A stretch of 64,000 bases of DNA from Candidatus Sericytochromatia bacterium (GTDB lineage Bacteria; Cyanobacteriota; Sericytochromatia; UBA7694): the NCBI GenBank assembly GCA_015272195.1, contig JACYMC010000148.1, forward strand, positions 10,159-74,158, in the 5' to 3' direction. Position 1 is the first letter of the stretch. Each line of letters opens with the position of its first letter. The notes below the pieces were generated by a model. It saw nothing but the letters and a program-made list of their open reading frames with translations, did no database searches and was not told the origin of the DNA. Shown here in pieces: positions 48,058-59,706 of this stretch. The translations under genes were made by a program, and so were the position numbers.

Positions 48058-49551
48058 TTAGCCTGCGCTAAAGAGATTTTCTAGCCAGCGTTCAGTCACC
48101 GACAGATGCTGCTGCAATTTGTCTGGACCCATTTTGTCCAGCTGGCGATCCATGACCGCCAGCCGAGGATTGCTGCGAAAAAAATCCCGGTGTTTGGATA
48201 CAAAACGCCAGTAAAGGCCATCCCAGATGGCACACCAGGGGCCGCTTTTAAAGTCGCTCATGCGCCGCAGATAACTGGAGCCGCTGAGATAAGGCTTGGT
48301 GGTCATGGTGCCGCCATCGGCATACTGGCTCATGCCGTAGACATTGGGCACCATCACCCAGTCGTAGGCGTCAATAAAGGCCTCCATAAACCAGGTATAA
48401 ATCGCATCGGGGTGAATTTCACACAGCAGCATCAGATTGCCCAGCACCATCAGGCGTTCAATATGGTGGGCATAAGCCAGGCGCCGGGCTTTTGTGATCA
48501 CATGATCCGCCGGTAGCAGGCCCGTGCTGGCCTCATAGAATGCGCGGGGCATCGGACGGTTATGGCCCCAGTAGTTGCGGGTGCGCATGGCCACGCCGGA
48601 ATGAACGTACATCAGGCGCAAATACTCACGCCAGCCCATAATCTGGCGCACAAAGCCCTCCAGCGCGTTCAGCGGCACGGCCTCAGCTGCCGCATAGTCC
48701 AGGGTTTGCTGCAAAACCTCTGCCGGGGTCAGCAGGCCGCTGTTGAGCAGCGGTGACAGCAGTGAATGATAGACAAAATCCTGTTGCACCGCCATGGCAT
48801 CTTCGTAGTCGCCAAAGCCGCCCAGGCGCTGCTGCAAAAATTGCTGCAGCCAGCGCCGGGCTGCGCTGTGGGTCACCGGCCACAAAAAGGTATCGGCCTG
48901 GCCCCAGGCTTCAGGAAACTGCCCCCGAAGCTCGCTGCGAGCCTGTTGCAGCCAGGGATTATCAGGCGCGGCTGTAACTGCAGGGGCCTGATGCCCGCGC
49001 GGCAGTTTTTTGCGATTGTCGGGATCAAAGCTCCACTTGCCACCGAGGGGCCCGCCGCTGTCCGTGAGCAAAATGCCGCGCTGCTGGCGCTGGGCAATAT
49101 AAAACTGGGTTTGAGAATAACGGCCGCCGCGTCGGGGCAGATTTTCAGCCGCTGTGCGCGGGTTTAAAAAGGCCGGGCTGTCGTGCTGCAGCAGCGTGAT
49201 CTGGCAGCGTTCAGCGGCGCGGGCCAGGCGCTTTTCGAGCATAAAATCCACCGGATCCAGGATGTGCAGGCTATCAAGGCCTTCTTCTTTGAGGCGCTGC
49301 AGGCGTTGCTGCAGGCTGACATCCGCCGCATAGCGCCAGTGTACAACCCTGTTGCCCTGCTGTTGCAGCTGGTCGGCATAGGCCAGCAGACTGGCCCGGT
49401 GAAACAGCAGGCGCTGAATATGAAAGCGGGCTGGATAATGGGCATCTGAAAAAAACAGACTGTCTTCCAGCAGGTAGATCGGCAGCCCGGCCAGAGCAGC
49501 AGGCAGCGGATCAAAAAGTTGGTGTGGGAACAGCAGAAGGGCGGTGGACAT
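48058..49551 (-). CDS. Cryptochrome/photolyase-family protein of the FeS-BCP/CryPro type (COG3046 deoxyribodipyrimidine photolyase-related protein)
   Basis: 497 aa. The N-terminal LLLFPHQLF...LLEDSLFF...AHYPARFHIQRLLFHRASL matches the conserved N-terminus of COG3046/PhrB-like proteins. The C-terminal half has an FAD-binding-like helical domain with Cys residues (MSDFKSGPWCAIWDGLYWRF). Confidence 0.7.
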   Translation of the reverse strand: MSTALLLFPHQLFDPLPAALAGLPIYLLEDSLFFSDAHYPARFHIQRLLFHRASLLAYADQLQQQGNRVVHWRYAADVSLQQRLQRLKEEGLDSLHILDPVDFMLEKRLARAAERCQITLLQHDSPAFLNPRTAAENLPRRGGRYSQTQFYIAQRQQRGILLTDSGGPLGGKWSFDPDNRKKLPRGHQAPAVTAAPDNPWLQQARSELRGQFPEAWGQADTFLWPVTHSAARRWLQQFLQQRLGGFGDYEDAMAVQQDFVYHSLLSPLLNSGLLTPAEVLQQTLDYAAAEAVPLNALEGFVRQIMGWREYLRLMYVHSGVAMRTRNYWGHNRPMPRAFYEASTGLLPADHVITKARRLAYAHHIERLMVLGNLMLLCEIHPDAIYTWFMEAFIDAYDWVMVPNVYGMSQYADGGTMTTKPYLSGSSYLRRMSDFKSGPWCAIWDGLYWRFVSKHRDFFRSNPRLAVMDRQLDKMGPDKLQQHLSVTERWLENLFSAG

Positions 49552-49585
49552 GTTTTGCTCCTGATCATGGCATTGCGGTGACAGG

Positions 49586-49611
49586 CACAGTATAGATGCT
49601 GATACACTGTG
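49586..49611. promoter_or_regulatory. Near-perfect inverted repeat (CACAGTATA-N8-TACACTGTG) in the divergent promoter between the photolyase-like gene and the GDPD operon. Candidate operator.
   Basis: Seen directly: cacagtatagatgctgatacactgtg. It sits 40 nt upstream of ATG 49653 and 35 nt upstream of the minus-strand start at 49551. Confidence 0.45.
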
Positions 49612-49652
49612 TGTTAGAATAAAATTTCATTACAGCAAGCAATACAGAGCAT

Positions 49653-50537
49653 ATGAGCAGTTTATGGGACGAGATCCGGGCCTACCCTAAGGTCTTTCCG
49701 CAGCCCCTGACAGCGGCAGGTGAGATCTGGGTAATCGCCCATCGGGGCGCTTCGAAAGAAGCGCCCGAAAACACCCTGCCCGCTTTTCAGCTGGCCATGG
49801 ATCAGGGGGCCGATATGATTGAGCTGGATGTCAAAACCACCAAAGACGGTCAGATCGTGATCTTTCACGATCGCTTTCTGCGCCGGACGACCAACGGCGA
49901 AGGCCGCATTGAGAACCAGACGCTTGATCAGCTCAAAGCGCTGGATGCGGGCAGCTGGTTTGACCCGGTGCGTTTTGCCAATGAGCGCATTCCGACCCTG
50001 CGGGAAGTTCTGGAACTGACCGCTGGCAAAATTATGCTCAATCTGGAGATCAAAAAAGGCGCTTTCAGCCGTGAGAACGACCACTTTGAGCGCCATCTGA
50101 TCGCTCTGCTGGAAGAATACGAGATGGTTCCCCATACCCTGGTGTCGTCTTTCAGCACCCTGCCGCTGATCCGCATCAAAGAGCAGGCGCCGCGGCTTTC
50201 GACGGCCCTGCTGTATGGCGATACCATCCGCACCAATCTGCGTCCCAAGATTCCGATTTATGGTTACCAGGCCTACCAGCTGGTGCTGCGCACCCGGGCC
50301 GACGCCCTGACCGTGCGCCGCAATCTGGTGACCCGTGCTTTTTTAAAGCGCAGCAAAGAAACCGGCGTCCGAATTTTTACCTTTACGGTTGACTCGCCCA
50401 AGCAGATGAAGCGCATGATCAAGCGCCAGCTGAACGGCATTATTACCAACACCCCCGATAAGCTGCATCACTGGCTGCACAAACAAGGCGAAAAAGAGCA
50501 GGGTCAGCGCCGCCGGCTCTGGCGGCGGAAGGCCTGA
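49653..50537 (+). CDS. Glycerophosphodiester phosphodiesterase (GDPD family)
   Basis: VIAHRGASKEAPENTLPAF...GADMIELDVKTTKDGQIVIFHD are canonical GDPD catalytic motifs (H, R, E, D, H). Confidence 0.85.
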   Translation: MSSLWDEIRAYPKVFPQPLTAAGEIWVIAHRGASKEAPENTLPAFQLAMDQGADMIELDVKTTKDGQIVIFHDRFLRRTTNGEGRIENQTLDQLKALDAGSWFDPVRFANERIPTLREVLELTAGKIMLNLEIKKGAFSRENDHFERHLIALLEEYEMVPHTLVSSFSTLPLIRIKEQAPRLSTALLYGDTIRTNLRPKIPIYGYQAYQLVLRTRADALTVRRNLVTRAFLKRSKETGVRIFTFTVDSPKQMKRMIKRQLNGIITNTPDKLHHWLHKQGEKEQGQRRRLWRRKA

Positions 50538-52624
50538 TGCACCCGTTGTTCAGTCAGGCCAGACAGCTGCATGCTGAACATCAGCTGCCTGAAGCCTGGA
50601 CGGCCTATGAGGCCGCCGCCCCCACGTTGCACCAGAGCCCTGAATACTGGTTCTGGCTGGCGGTGCTGGCCTGGCAAACCAATCACCCTGAGATGGCCCA
50701 GCAGTGTCTGAATGAAATTGAGCGTCACTGGCGCGGCGGCTGGTCGCAGGACTGGAAGCCCCTCAGTCCTGAGCTTGAAAACGCTATTATGACCGTGCTG
50801 GAGTCTCTTGCAATGCCGCTGCCGCTGCGTTATCAGATTGAAAGGGCGCTGCTGGCCTATCCAGCGCTGAATGGTCAGCATCGTGCCAGTATCTGGTATC
50901 GTTGGCTCGACAGCGCTCAGGCCTCAGCCGCTGAGCTGCAGCAGGAGATTACCCGGCGTCCGGCCTGGTGGCAGGGCAAAGATCTGCTGGCCAGCTATTA
51001 TCTGTTTCGGGGCCAGCCCGCGACGGCCAGCCGTTTGTGGCAGGAGCTGCTGGCCCAGCACCCGGATTTTGCCGAAGGCTATGCCCAAATCGGTCATTGT
51101 GAGCTGAGTCTGGGCCGCTATGAGAGTGCCCTGGAGCACTATCAGCAAAGCCTGCAGCTCCAGTCCCAGCAGCCCCTGCTGCATTATCATCTGGGGCGAC
51201 TGTATCTTTCGCTATTGCAGGCAGACAAGGCCCGTGCGGCCTTTGGGCAGGCCAGCGCCCTGATGCCCCATAACCTGCTCTGGCGCTTTCAGATGGATTG
51301 GGTCTATCTGCCCCTGCCATCTTTGCAAAGCGATCGGACCCGACTGTGTACGCAACTGGCGCAGATTCCCACGCAGTACCACCAGCTGATCAGCCTCGCG
51401 CAGGCCTCAGACAGCCTGCGCACCACCAGCTTTGAGCCCTGTTTTGATATCAATTACCTGACCGAAGCCGATGCCCCGATCCGGCAGGCCTTTGGTGATA
51501 TGTTTGTCTTGCCCGCCCCGCCCCGCTGGGGCCCCGCGGCCGATGCCCTGCGCATTGGTCTGGTGGTGACCCCGGAGCAGGAAAAACTCTTTTTGTTTGG
51601 CAATCAGATTTTATGGTCTGAAATGGCCCAGACCGGCCTGGAAATTACGCTTTTTTGCCTGCAGCGCTCCCGTCCCCTGTTGCAGGCCTGGGCCGACAGC
51701 GCAGGCATTACCCTGCAGACCCTTTCACCTGTGCTGGCCCAGGCTGCCCGTGAGATTCAGGCCTTTGAGCTGGACCTGGTCTATTTCTGGGAAAGCGGCA
51801 CCGATGCCTTTAACTATCTGCTGCCTTTTTATCAGCTGGGCAGGGTGCAGTTTACTTCCTGGGGCAGTGTCAGCACCACGGGCAACCCCCGCATGCAGTA
51901 CTTTTTGAGCACCGAGAGTCTGGACCCACCGGTCAACGATACCCATTACCGCGAAAAACTGCTACGCCTGCCCGCACTGCCCCTACTGTACAGTGCCGAT
52001 CAGATTCAGGCCAGTCAGCGGGTCTGGCGTGGAACCCAGCTGCCCGAAGATGCGGTGCTGGTGGGTGCCCCCCATAACCTGCTCAAGTTTAGCCCTGATT
52101 TTTTGCGGGCCCTGGCTGAGATCCTGAACGAGACACCGCAGGCCCGGCTGGTGCTCTGTGAGAGCCCGCTGCCGGCCTGGAATACCGCGATGCAGGACCA
52201 GATGGCGCAGGTGCTCGGTGCGGCAGTGGCTCAGGTCATCTGGCTGTCCCGCTTGCCGGCGCCGGATTTTCTGGCCCTGCTGACCCAGCTGGATCTCTTA
52301 CTCGACCCCTTTTATTTTGGCGCAGGCAAGCTGGCCTTTGAAGCCCTGGGGCTGGGCTGCCCGATCCTGACCTGGCCGGGCCAGCGGCTGCGGGGCCGTA
52401 TTGTAGCTGCGGCTTATCGCCAGATGCATTACACCCCTTTGATCTGTGAGATCCAGGCTGACTATGTTGCCAAAGCCCGGCATCTGCTGGCCCATCCGAG
52501 GGCTTTACAAACCCATCGCCAGGCCTTAATCCAGCGTCGCCAGAATCTGATGCGCCATCCCCAGGCGCTGACAGGTTGGCTTGAAGCCCTCGGCACCATG
52601 GGAAGCCTGGCTGCAAAGGCCTGA
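50537..52624 (+). CDS. TPR-repeat protein with a C-terminal O-GlcNAc-transferase-like (GT41/SPINDLY-type) glycosyltransferase domain
   Basis: 695 aa. The start overlaps the GDPD stop (TGATG). N-terminal TPRs. The C-terminal ~350 aa (…LVLCESPLPAWNTAMQ…LSRLPAPDFLALLTQLDLLLDPFYFGAGKLAFEALGLGCPILTWPGQ…) resemble the OGT C-terminal catalytic lobe. Confidence 0.6.
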   Translation: MHPLFSQARQLHAEHQLPEAWTAYEAAAPTLHQSPEYWFWLAVLAWQTNHPEMAQQCLNEIERHWRGGWSQDWKPLSPELENAIMTVLESLAMPLPLRYQIERALLAYPALNGQHRASIWYRWLDSAQASAAELQQEITRRPAWWQGKDLLASYYLFRGQPATASRLWQELLAQHPDFAEGYAQIGHCELSLGRYESALEHYQQSLQLQSQQPLLHYHLGRLYLSLLQADKARAAFGQASALMPHNLLWRFQMDWVYLPLPSLQSDRTRLCTQLAQIPTQYHQLISLAQASDSLRTTSFEPCFDINYLTEADAPIRQAFGDMFVLPAPPRWGPAADALRIGLVVTPEQEKLFLFGNQILWSEMAQTGLEITLFCLQRSRPLLQAWADSAGITLQTLSPVLAQAAREIQAFELDLVYFWESGTDAFNYLLPFYQLGRVQFTSWGSVSTTGNPRMQYFLSTESLDPPVNDTHYREKLLRLPALPLLYSADQIQASQRVWRGTQLPEDAVLVGAPHNLLKFSPDFLRALAEILNETPQARLVLCESPLPAWNTAMQDQMAQVLGAAVAQVIWLSRLPAPDFLALLTQLDLLLDPFYFGAGKLAFEALGLGCPILTWPGQRLRGRIVAAAYRQMHYTPLICEIQADYVAKARHLLAHPRALQTHRQALIQRRQNLMRHPQALTGWLEALGTMGSLAAKA

Positions 52625-53481
52625 ATGCCGCGCGCAGGCGATGCCAGCTTATCGCGCCGCCGCGACATTGCCCGGCGCCTGTCGCCCTATGTTTTACGGG
52701 CCAGCACCGAAGCTGCTCGCAGTCTGACCGGGCCAGACTCTGCAGGTCTTTATCTGGGCTATTATTCCTATAACGGTATTGAGCAGGCCTTTGAAGCTTA
52801 TGGGGTTTATGAAGCCCTGGATCGTCTGGGCTTTGACCGGATTCAGCTCCAGCTGCATACGGCGGATCCCTTTGAGCATCGCCTGATGCTCTATGACCAG
52901 GAGGTTAAGCCAGAGCGCTTGCTGCACGAAATCGTGGTGCGTCGCCGGCAGCTGTACTTTGACCGTTCCGACAGTGTCGACAGCCGGTTTGACGGGCAGC
53001 ATTTTGGGCTGCTGGGCATTGAGTGGATGTGCCTGCAGAATCCCCGCCAGTCCTTTAGCGAGCTGCGGCCGGCCCTGCCCGGTCAGCAATACCCCGGCCT
53101 GGGTCTGGGTCAGCTGGTGCTGGATCTCTTGCAGCTGACGGCTGAACGTCTGGTGCTGGACGGCATTATTACCATCCCCGCCTGGTTTCACAACGCTGTG
53201 TTTTACCATACGCGCTTCAGGTATCTCAGCCTCAGTACCGAAGCCCGGTTGCAGGCGCTGTACCGCCAGCTGGTGCGGCCGCTGGGACTGCACAGGGTGG
53301 CCTGGGCGATTGAACAACAGCAGGTCTGCGAAAACGGCCAGTCCTTTGAATGGTTTCATGAAGACATGATCCTGCCCCTGGCGCCGGCTTTAAAAGCCGG
53401 CCTGATCGGGGCTGCCACACGCCGGGTGATCCGCCGGACGCGAGAGAATTTTGTCTTTACGCTGCGGGATCCGGCTGAAGC

Positions 53482-53485
<4 letters not shown>
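52625..53485 (+). CDS. Hypothetical protein (286 aa)
   Basis: The ATG immediately follows the upstream TGA. No recognisable motif. The 3' end overlaps the convergent spoVR by 4 nt. Confidence 0.45.
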
Positions 53486-54976
<1,491 letters not shown>

Positions 54977-54993
<17 letters not shown>

Positions 54994-56092
54994 GAAATTC
55001 TTTGATAGCCGTCAGAATGGCGTCTTTGTTTTCAATTTTGCTGAGGGTGATTTTGTCTTCTTCGCCAAAGTGCTTGCTGAGCTCCTTGATAAACTTGCCC
55101 GAGCCGTAGCGGCTTTCGACCTGACCATAACAAAACAGATTGCTGGCCGGCAGCAGAATATCGCGGATGATCTGAATCGAGGCCTCGTTATCGCGCTCAG
55201 ACCAGTTGTCGCCGTCTGAAAAGTGAAAGGGGTAAATGTTCCACTGATCGGCCGGGTACTCTTTCTGGATCATCTCGGCACAGAGCTTATAGGCGCTGGA
55301 GATCACCGTGCCGCCGCTTTCGCGGATGCGGAAGAAGGTGTCCTTATCGACCTCTTTGGCGACCGTATCGTGAATAATATAGCGGGTTTGCAGCCCCTTG
55401 TAATGGCTGCGCAGCCAGGTGTCGATCCAGAAGGAGGTGATGCGCACAATCTCTTTTTGCTCGTCTTCCATGGAGCCCGAGACGTCCATCATCAGAATGA
55501 TGACCGCATTGGTCACTGGCTCGGGCACTTCCTGGCAGTAGCGGTAGCGCTGATCTTTGCGGATCGGAATGATCATGGGATCGTCTGGGTTGTATTCTCC
55601 GGCTGAGATCTGGCGCTTCAGGGCCTCTTTGTAGGTGCGCTTAAAGTGACGCAGCGAGTTGGGCCCCACATGGGTAATGCTTTTGTAGCGCCCTTTCTGG
55701 CTTTGAAGTTGCTCGCTGCCCTTGGGTTCAATATTGGGCAGCTCCAGCTCTTCGGCCATGATCTCCACAAACTCATCAAAGGTAAACTCGACCTCAATGG
55801 CGTGCTGGCCTTCCTGATCGCCGGCCTGGCCAGCACCTGAGCCTTCGCCCTGCTCGCTACCGACCGGATCCCCCGGCTCACCCTCGCCAGAACCCACGCC
55901 CCCGCCTTTGTTGCCGTCGAGCTTAAAGCGGGGGATATCGATCTGGGGGATGGGCACAGAGACAATGTCTTTGCCCTGCTTGCCCATCATCTCACCCTGG
56001 GTCACGTACTTCTTGAGGTTTTCGCGCACCTTGCCACGAATGATCCGCTTGAAGCGCCCCAGGTCCTGATCAATTTTGGTCTGGTTTACCAT
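54977..56092 (-). CDS. yeaH: YeaH/YhbH-family protein (DUF444, UPF0229; vWA-like)
   Basis: 371 aa. Conserved N-terminus [29 protein letters not shown]…, a gly-rich acidic linker, and a C-terminal vWA-like segment ([10 protein letters not shown]). Confidence 0.85.
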
Positions 56093-58132
56093 TTAGCGGT
56101 CCTTCACGTCCCCACGGGCAAAGATGCTGGCCACAAAGTTGAGCACATCGGTGGCCGAGGCCTCGTTATAGCCGTGGTTTTTGATCAGGCGCTCTTTGAC
56201 AATATCGATCTGCTGCTGGGCTTTTTCGTCCATCACGTTGCTCAGCAGGCTGGTGAGCTTGATCGAGTCCTTGCGGTCCTCAAACAGCTTCAGTTCCAGG
56301 GCCTTCTGCAGGCGGGCGTTGGTGTTGAACTCAAAGGTCTTGCCCTCAATCGCCAGGGCCCCGATGTAGTTCATGATCTCCCGGCGGAAGTCGTCTTTGC
56401 GGCTTTCGGGGATGTCGATTTTTTCTTCGATGGCCCGCATCAGGTTCTCATCGGGCTGCTCGTAGTTGCCGGTGTACTTGTTTTTGACCTTTTCTTTCTG
56501 GGTATAGGCTTTCACGTTCTCGATGTAATTACCCGCCAGATTGCGGATGGCCTCCTCGTCAGCAGAGATCGCACGCTGCACTTCGCTTTTGACGATGTTT
56601 TCGTACTCCTCTTTGACCACGCCGAGCAGTTCCTTGTAACGTTTTTTTTCGTCCTCGGAATTGAGCAGGCCGTGGTGTTTGAGGCCCGCGTCCAGCTCGT
56701 TCATCACCATAAAGGGGTTGATGTATTTTTCGTCGGCGTATTTGACCAGGGCATTGGAGAGTTTGTCCTGGATGTAGCGCGGTGAGATACCGCTCAGACC
56801 CTCGCGCACGGCCTCTTTGCGCAGCTCCTTGACGTTGTCTTCGGTAAAGCCGGGCACCATCTGGCCGTTGTAGAGCTTGAGCTTCTGCAGCAGGGTCAGC
56901 TGGTGCTTTTTGGGCTCCTCAAGACGGGTCAGAATGGCCCACATGGAGGCCATTTCGATGGTGTGGGGCGCAATATGCATCTCCTTGATTTTGCGCGGAT
57001 TAAAATCTTTTTCGTAGATTTTGATCTCTTCGCTGAGCTTGGTGATATACGGGATATCAATGCGGATGGTGCGGTCGCGCAGGGCCTCCATAAACTCGTT
57101 GCTCTGCAGCTTGCGGAACTCCGGTTCGTTGGTGTGGCCAATGATCACCTCGTCGATATCGGTCTGGGCAAACTTCTTGGGTTTGATCACGTGCTCCTGC
57201 GAAGCGGTCAGCAGGTCATACAAAAAGGCCACGTCCAGCTTGAGCACCTCAATAAACTCAATGATGCCCCGGTTGGCCACGTTGAACTCCCCGTCAAAGT
57301 TAAAGGCACGGGGGTCAGAGTCGGAACCGTATTCGGCAATTTTGCGGTAGTTAATGTCGCCCGTCAGCTCGGTGGAGTCCTGGTTTTTTTCGTCCTTGGG
57401 CTGAAAGGTGCCAATGCCCGTGCGATCGCGCTCGGAGATCACCATGCGGCGCACCTTGATGTGCTTGAGCACCTGGGTCCAGTCGCCGTCATACTTTTCC
57501 ATAAAATCGTTGTAGTAATAGCGGCAGAGCGGGTTGAGGTTGCCCTCAATCACAATGCGATCTTCGGTAGCCACCCGCTCATTGATCTTTTCCATGACCT
57601 GCTCCCGCACGTCCTGGGGCAGCAGTTTCAGCGGCTCTTCGTGCATGGGGCTGGGAATCACCGTGCCGTCATCGAGGACCCAGCTGTAGGTATACATGGC
57701 CCCTTCGGGGGTGCGGGAGTAGCGCTCCAGGCTCTTTTTGAGCAGGCGGGCGACGGTTGACTTAGAGGAGCCGACCGGACCATGCAGCAGAATCACGCGC
57801 TTTTCAGTACCGTAGCGGCGAGCTGCGGCCTTGAGCACCTGTACCAGCTTCATCAGGTGAATGTCGAGGCCAAAGATGGCGTCCGAGCCCTGACCATAAG
57901 GGTCATTAAAAAATTTATAGCGAATGATACGCTTTTTGTATTCAGTGTACTCCTCTGAACCAAAGGACATCACCATGTCAAAGACGCGCTGAAAGGCGGA
58001 GCGGGCCACTTTGGGGTTATCGTAGACCATATCCAGATAGTCTTCAAAACTGCCCTCCCAGTGCAAAGCACGGTATTCATCCGCATTCTGCAGGGATTTG
58101 ACGTAGGAAATGAGTTCGGAACCTTGACCCAT
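56093..58132 (-). CDS. prkA: PrkA/YeaG-family serine protein kinase (AAA+ plus kinase-like)
   Basis: Start at ATG 58132 ([10 protein letters not shown]…) with GAAGGAG 7 nt upstream. [34 protein letters not shown] matches the PrkA N-terminus. Walker [13 protein letters not shown]. Confidence 0.9.
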   Translation of the reverse strand: MGQGSELISYVKSLQNADEYRALHWEGSFEDYLDMVYDNPKVARSAFQRVFDMVMSFGSEEYTEYKKRIIRYKFFNDPYGQGSDAIFGLDIHLMKLVQVLKAAARRYGTEKRVILLHGPVGSSKSTVARLLKKSLERYSRTPEGAMYTYSWVLDDGTVIPSPMHEEPLKLLPQDVREQVMEKINERVATEDRIVIEGNLNPLCRYYYNDFMEKYDGDWTQVLKHIKVRRMVISERDRTGIGTFQPKDEKNQDSTELTGDINYRKIAEYGSDSDPRAFNFDGEFNVANRGIIEFIEVLKLDVAFLYDLLTASQEHVIKPKKFAQTDIDEVIIGHTNEPEFRKLQSNEFMEALRDRTIRIDIPYITKLSEEIKIYEKDFNPRKIKEMHIAPHTIEMASMWAILTRLEEPKKHQLTLLQKLKLYNGQMVPGFTEDNVKELRKEAVREGLSGISPRYIQDKLSNALVKYADEKYINPFMVMNELDAGLKHHGLLNSEDEKKRYKELLGVVKEEYENIVKSEVQRAISADEEAIRNLAGNYIENVKAYTQKEKVKNKYTGNYEQPDENLMRAIEEKIDIPESRKDDFRREIMNYIGALAIEGKTFEFNTNARLQKALELKLFEDRKDSIKLTSLLSNVMDEKAQQQIDIVKERLIKNHGYNEASATDVLNFVASIFARGDVKDR

Positions 58133-58167
58133 GAAACTGCTCCTTCGCAATCAATCGTATTTACTGT

Positions 58168-58419
58168 TTATGGTACAGATCTGTGCCGGGCTTCCGTAGC
58201 GCTGGTCACCGCCGGGGCCGGGCAAAAGTCAAAAAGATCCGCCGGCTGGCAGTTGAGCAACTGGCACAGGCTTTCGAGGTACTCCAGCCGGATCATGGTG
58301 GGGCATTCTTCTTTAAGCTGGAGAACCGTATTGCGGTGCACGCCCAGCTGGTCAGCCAGCTGTTTGTTGCTGACCCGGCGCTGCTGCATCAGTTCCCGCA
58401 GTTTCCATCGAAGGCCCAT
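58168..58419 (-). CDS. XRE-family helix-turn-helix transcriptional regulator (84 aa)
   Basis: MGLRWKLRELMQQRRVSNKQLADQLGVHRNTVLQLKEE… is a Cro/C1-type HTH. Located immediately upstream of, and co-oriented with, prkA. Confidence 0.7.
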   Translation of the reverse strand: MGLRWKLRELMQQRRVSNKQLADQLGVHRNTVLQLKEECPTMIRLEYLESLCQLLNCQPADLFDFCPAPAVTSATEARHRSVP

Positions 58420-58440
58420 CCGGTGATTACCTTTCTGGCT

Positions 58441-58460
58441 TTGTGTTGATCCTAACACAA
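58441..58460. promoter_or_regulatory. Perfect inverted repeat TTGTGTT-N6-AACACAA in the divergent promoter upstream of the XRE-prkA operon. Candidate operator.
   Basis: Seen directly: ttgtgttgatcctaacacaa. It sits 22 nt upstream of the XRE gene start on the minus strand. Confidence 0.5.
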
Positions 58461-58566
58461 ATGCCGGCTTTAATTCCACACAGATGCACAAGAAAGCTGT
58501 GCAGCCCTGCGCGGCAGGGCATGCTAAAATCAGGTTCATATCAGATCCAGAGAGTGATAAACACCC

Positions 58567-59706
58567 ATGAAACTGGCTTTTATCTGCGACGGAGAACAGG
58601 ACGATCAGCTGCACTGGTCAGGGACTATCTGGCAACTTTCACAGGCCCTCAAAGCCCAGGGAGCTGAGCTGCTGCACCTGAATATCAAAGATTACCTTGC
58701 CGAAGGCATTTACCGCTCAATCACCACCACACCCTATGTTTCAGCCGACTCCCTCTGGCATGCCATCAGCCCCACCTGCCTGCAATGGCTGGCGCGCTGC
58801 CTCGAAAAGAAACTGGCCCAGCACCGACCGGATGCAGTGCTGTCGCATGGGGCTTTTGGTCTGGCCTATCTGCAGACCGATCTGCCCTGTTTTTACTGGG
58901 AGGACATGCCTTCGGTGCTTTTAACCCAAACCTACCCCCGTTACCGGGACAGTGATCCCCTGATTCTCAAAAGCTGGGAGCAGGCCGAGCAACTGGCTTT
59001 TTTAAACGTGCGGCACCTGTTTTTTCCTTCCGACTGGTCGTCGCAAACCGCCTGCCGGCATTACGAACTGGATGCGGCGCGGATCAGTGTGCTGCCTTTT
59101 GGGGCCAATCTGAACCCCACACCGGATGCTGAGACCCTTCAGACGCTCTGGCAGCAACGCCAGACCAAATCCTGGCAGATGCTGTTTATTGGCAAGGACT
59201 GGGAACGCAAAGGCGGACCGTGTGTGCTGGAGATGCTGCAGCATTTAAACCAGGCGGGCTTAAAGATTCAGCTGCAGCTGGTGGGCTGTACCCCTGAAAT
59301 TCCTGCTGATCTGGCAGAGCAGGTGCATCTGCACGGCTTTTTAAACAAAGCTCAGCCTGCTGATCAGGTGCGGCTGCGGCAATTGCTGAGCGAGAGTCAT
59401 TTGCTGGTGATGCCCTCACGGGCCGAAGGTTTTGGGGTGGTCTACGCCGAAGCGGCGGCTTATGGCTTGCCCGTGTTGGCTGCTGATGTGGGTGGGGTCA
59501 GTTCGGCTGTCAAAGACAACGGCATCCTCCTGCCCGCTGAGGCCAGTGCTGCCGACTATGCCGCCGCTGTGCTGGCCCTGCACCAGGACCCGGAACGCTA
59601 TCAGCAGCTCGCTGAAGCGGCTTACCGCCGCTACCGCGAAGAACTCAACTGGACCGTATTCAGTCAGAAGATACTGCAACAGATCCGGGCTGACAGCAGG
59701 CTTTAA
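58567..59706 (+). CDS. Glycosyltransferase family 4 (GT-B, GT1-like)
   Basis: LVMPSRAEGFGVVYAEAAAYGLPVLAADVGGVSSAV is the canonical GT4 EX7E region. Confidence 0.8.
   Translation: MKLAFICDGEQDDQLHWSGTIWQLSQALKAQGAELLHLNIKDYLAEGIYRSITTTPYVSADSLWHAISPTCLQWLARCLEKKLAQHRPDAVLSHGAFGLAYLQTDLPCFYWEDMPSVLLTQTYPRYRDSDPLILKSWEQAEQLAFLNVRHLFFPSDWSSQTACRHYELDAARISVLPFGANLNPTPDAETLQTLWQQRQTKSWQMLFIGKDWERKGGPCVLEMLQHLNQAGLKIQLQLVGCTPEIPADLAEQVHLHGFLNKAQPADQVRLRQLLSESHLLVMPSRAEGFGVVYAEAAAYGLPVLAADVGGVSSAVKDNGILLPAEASAADYAAAVLALHQDPERYQQLAEAAYRRYREELNWTVFSQKILQQIRADSRL

Noticed and set aside
58133-58150. TTG-initiated extension (MRRSSF) of prkA
   Set aside because: These codons are the GAAGGAG Shine-Dalgarno region read through in frame. 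ATG 58132 with a proper RBS spacing is the likely start.
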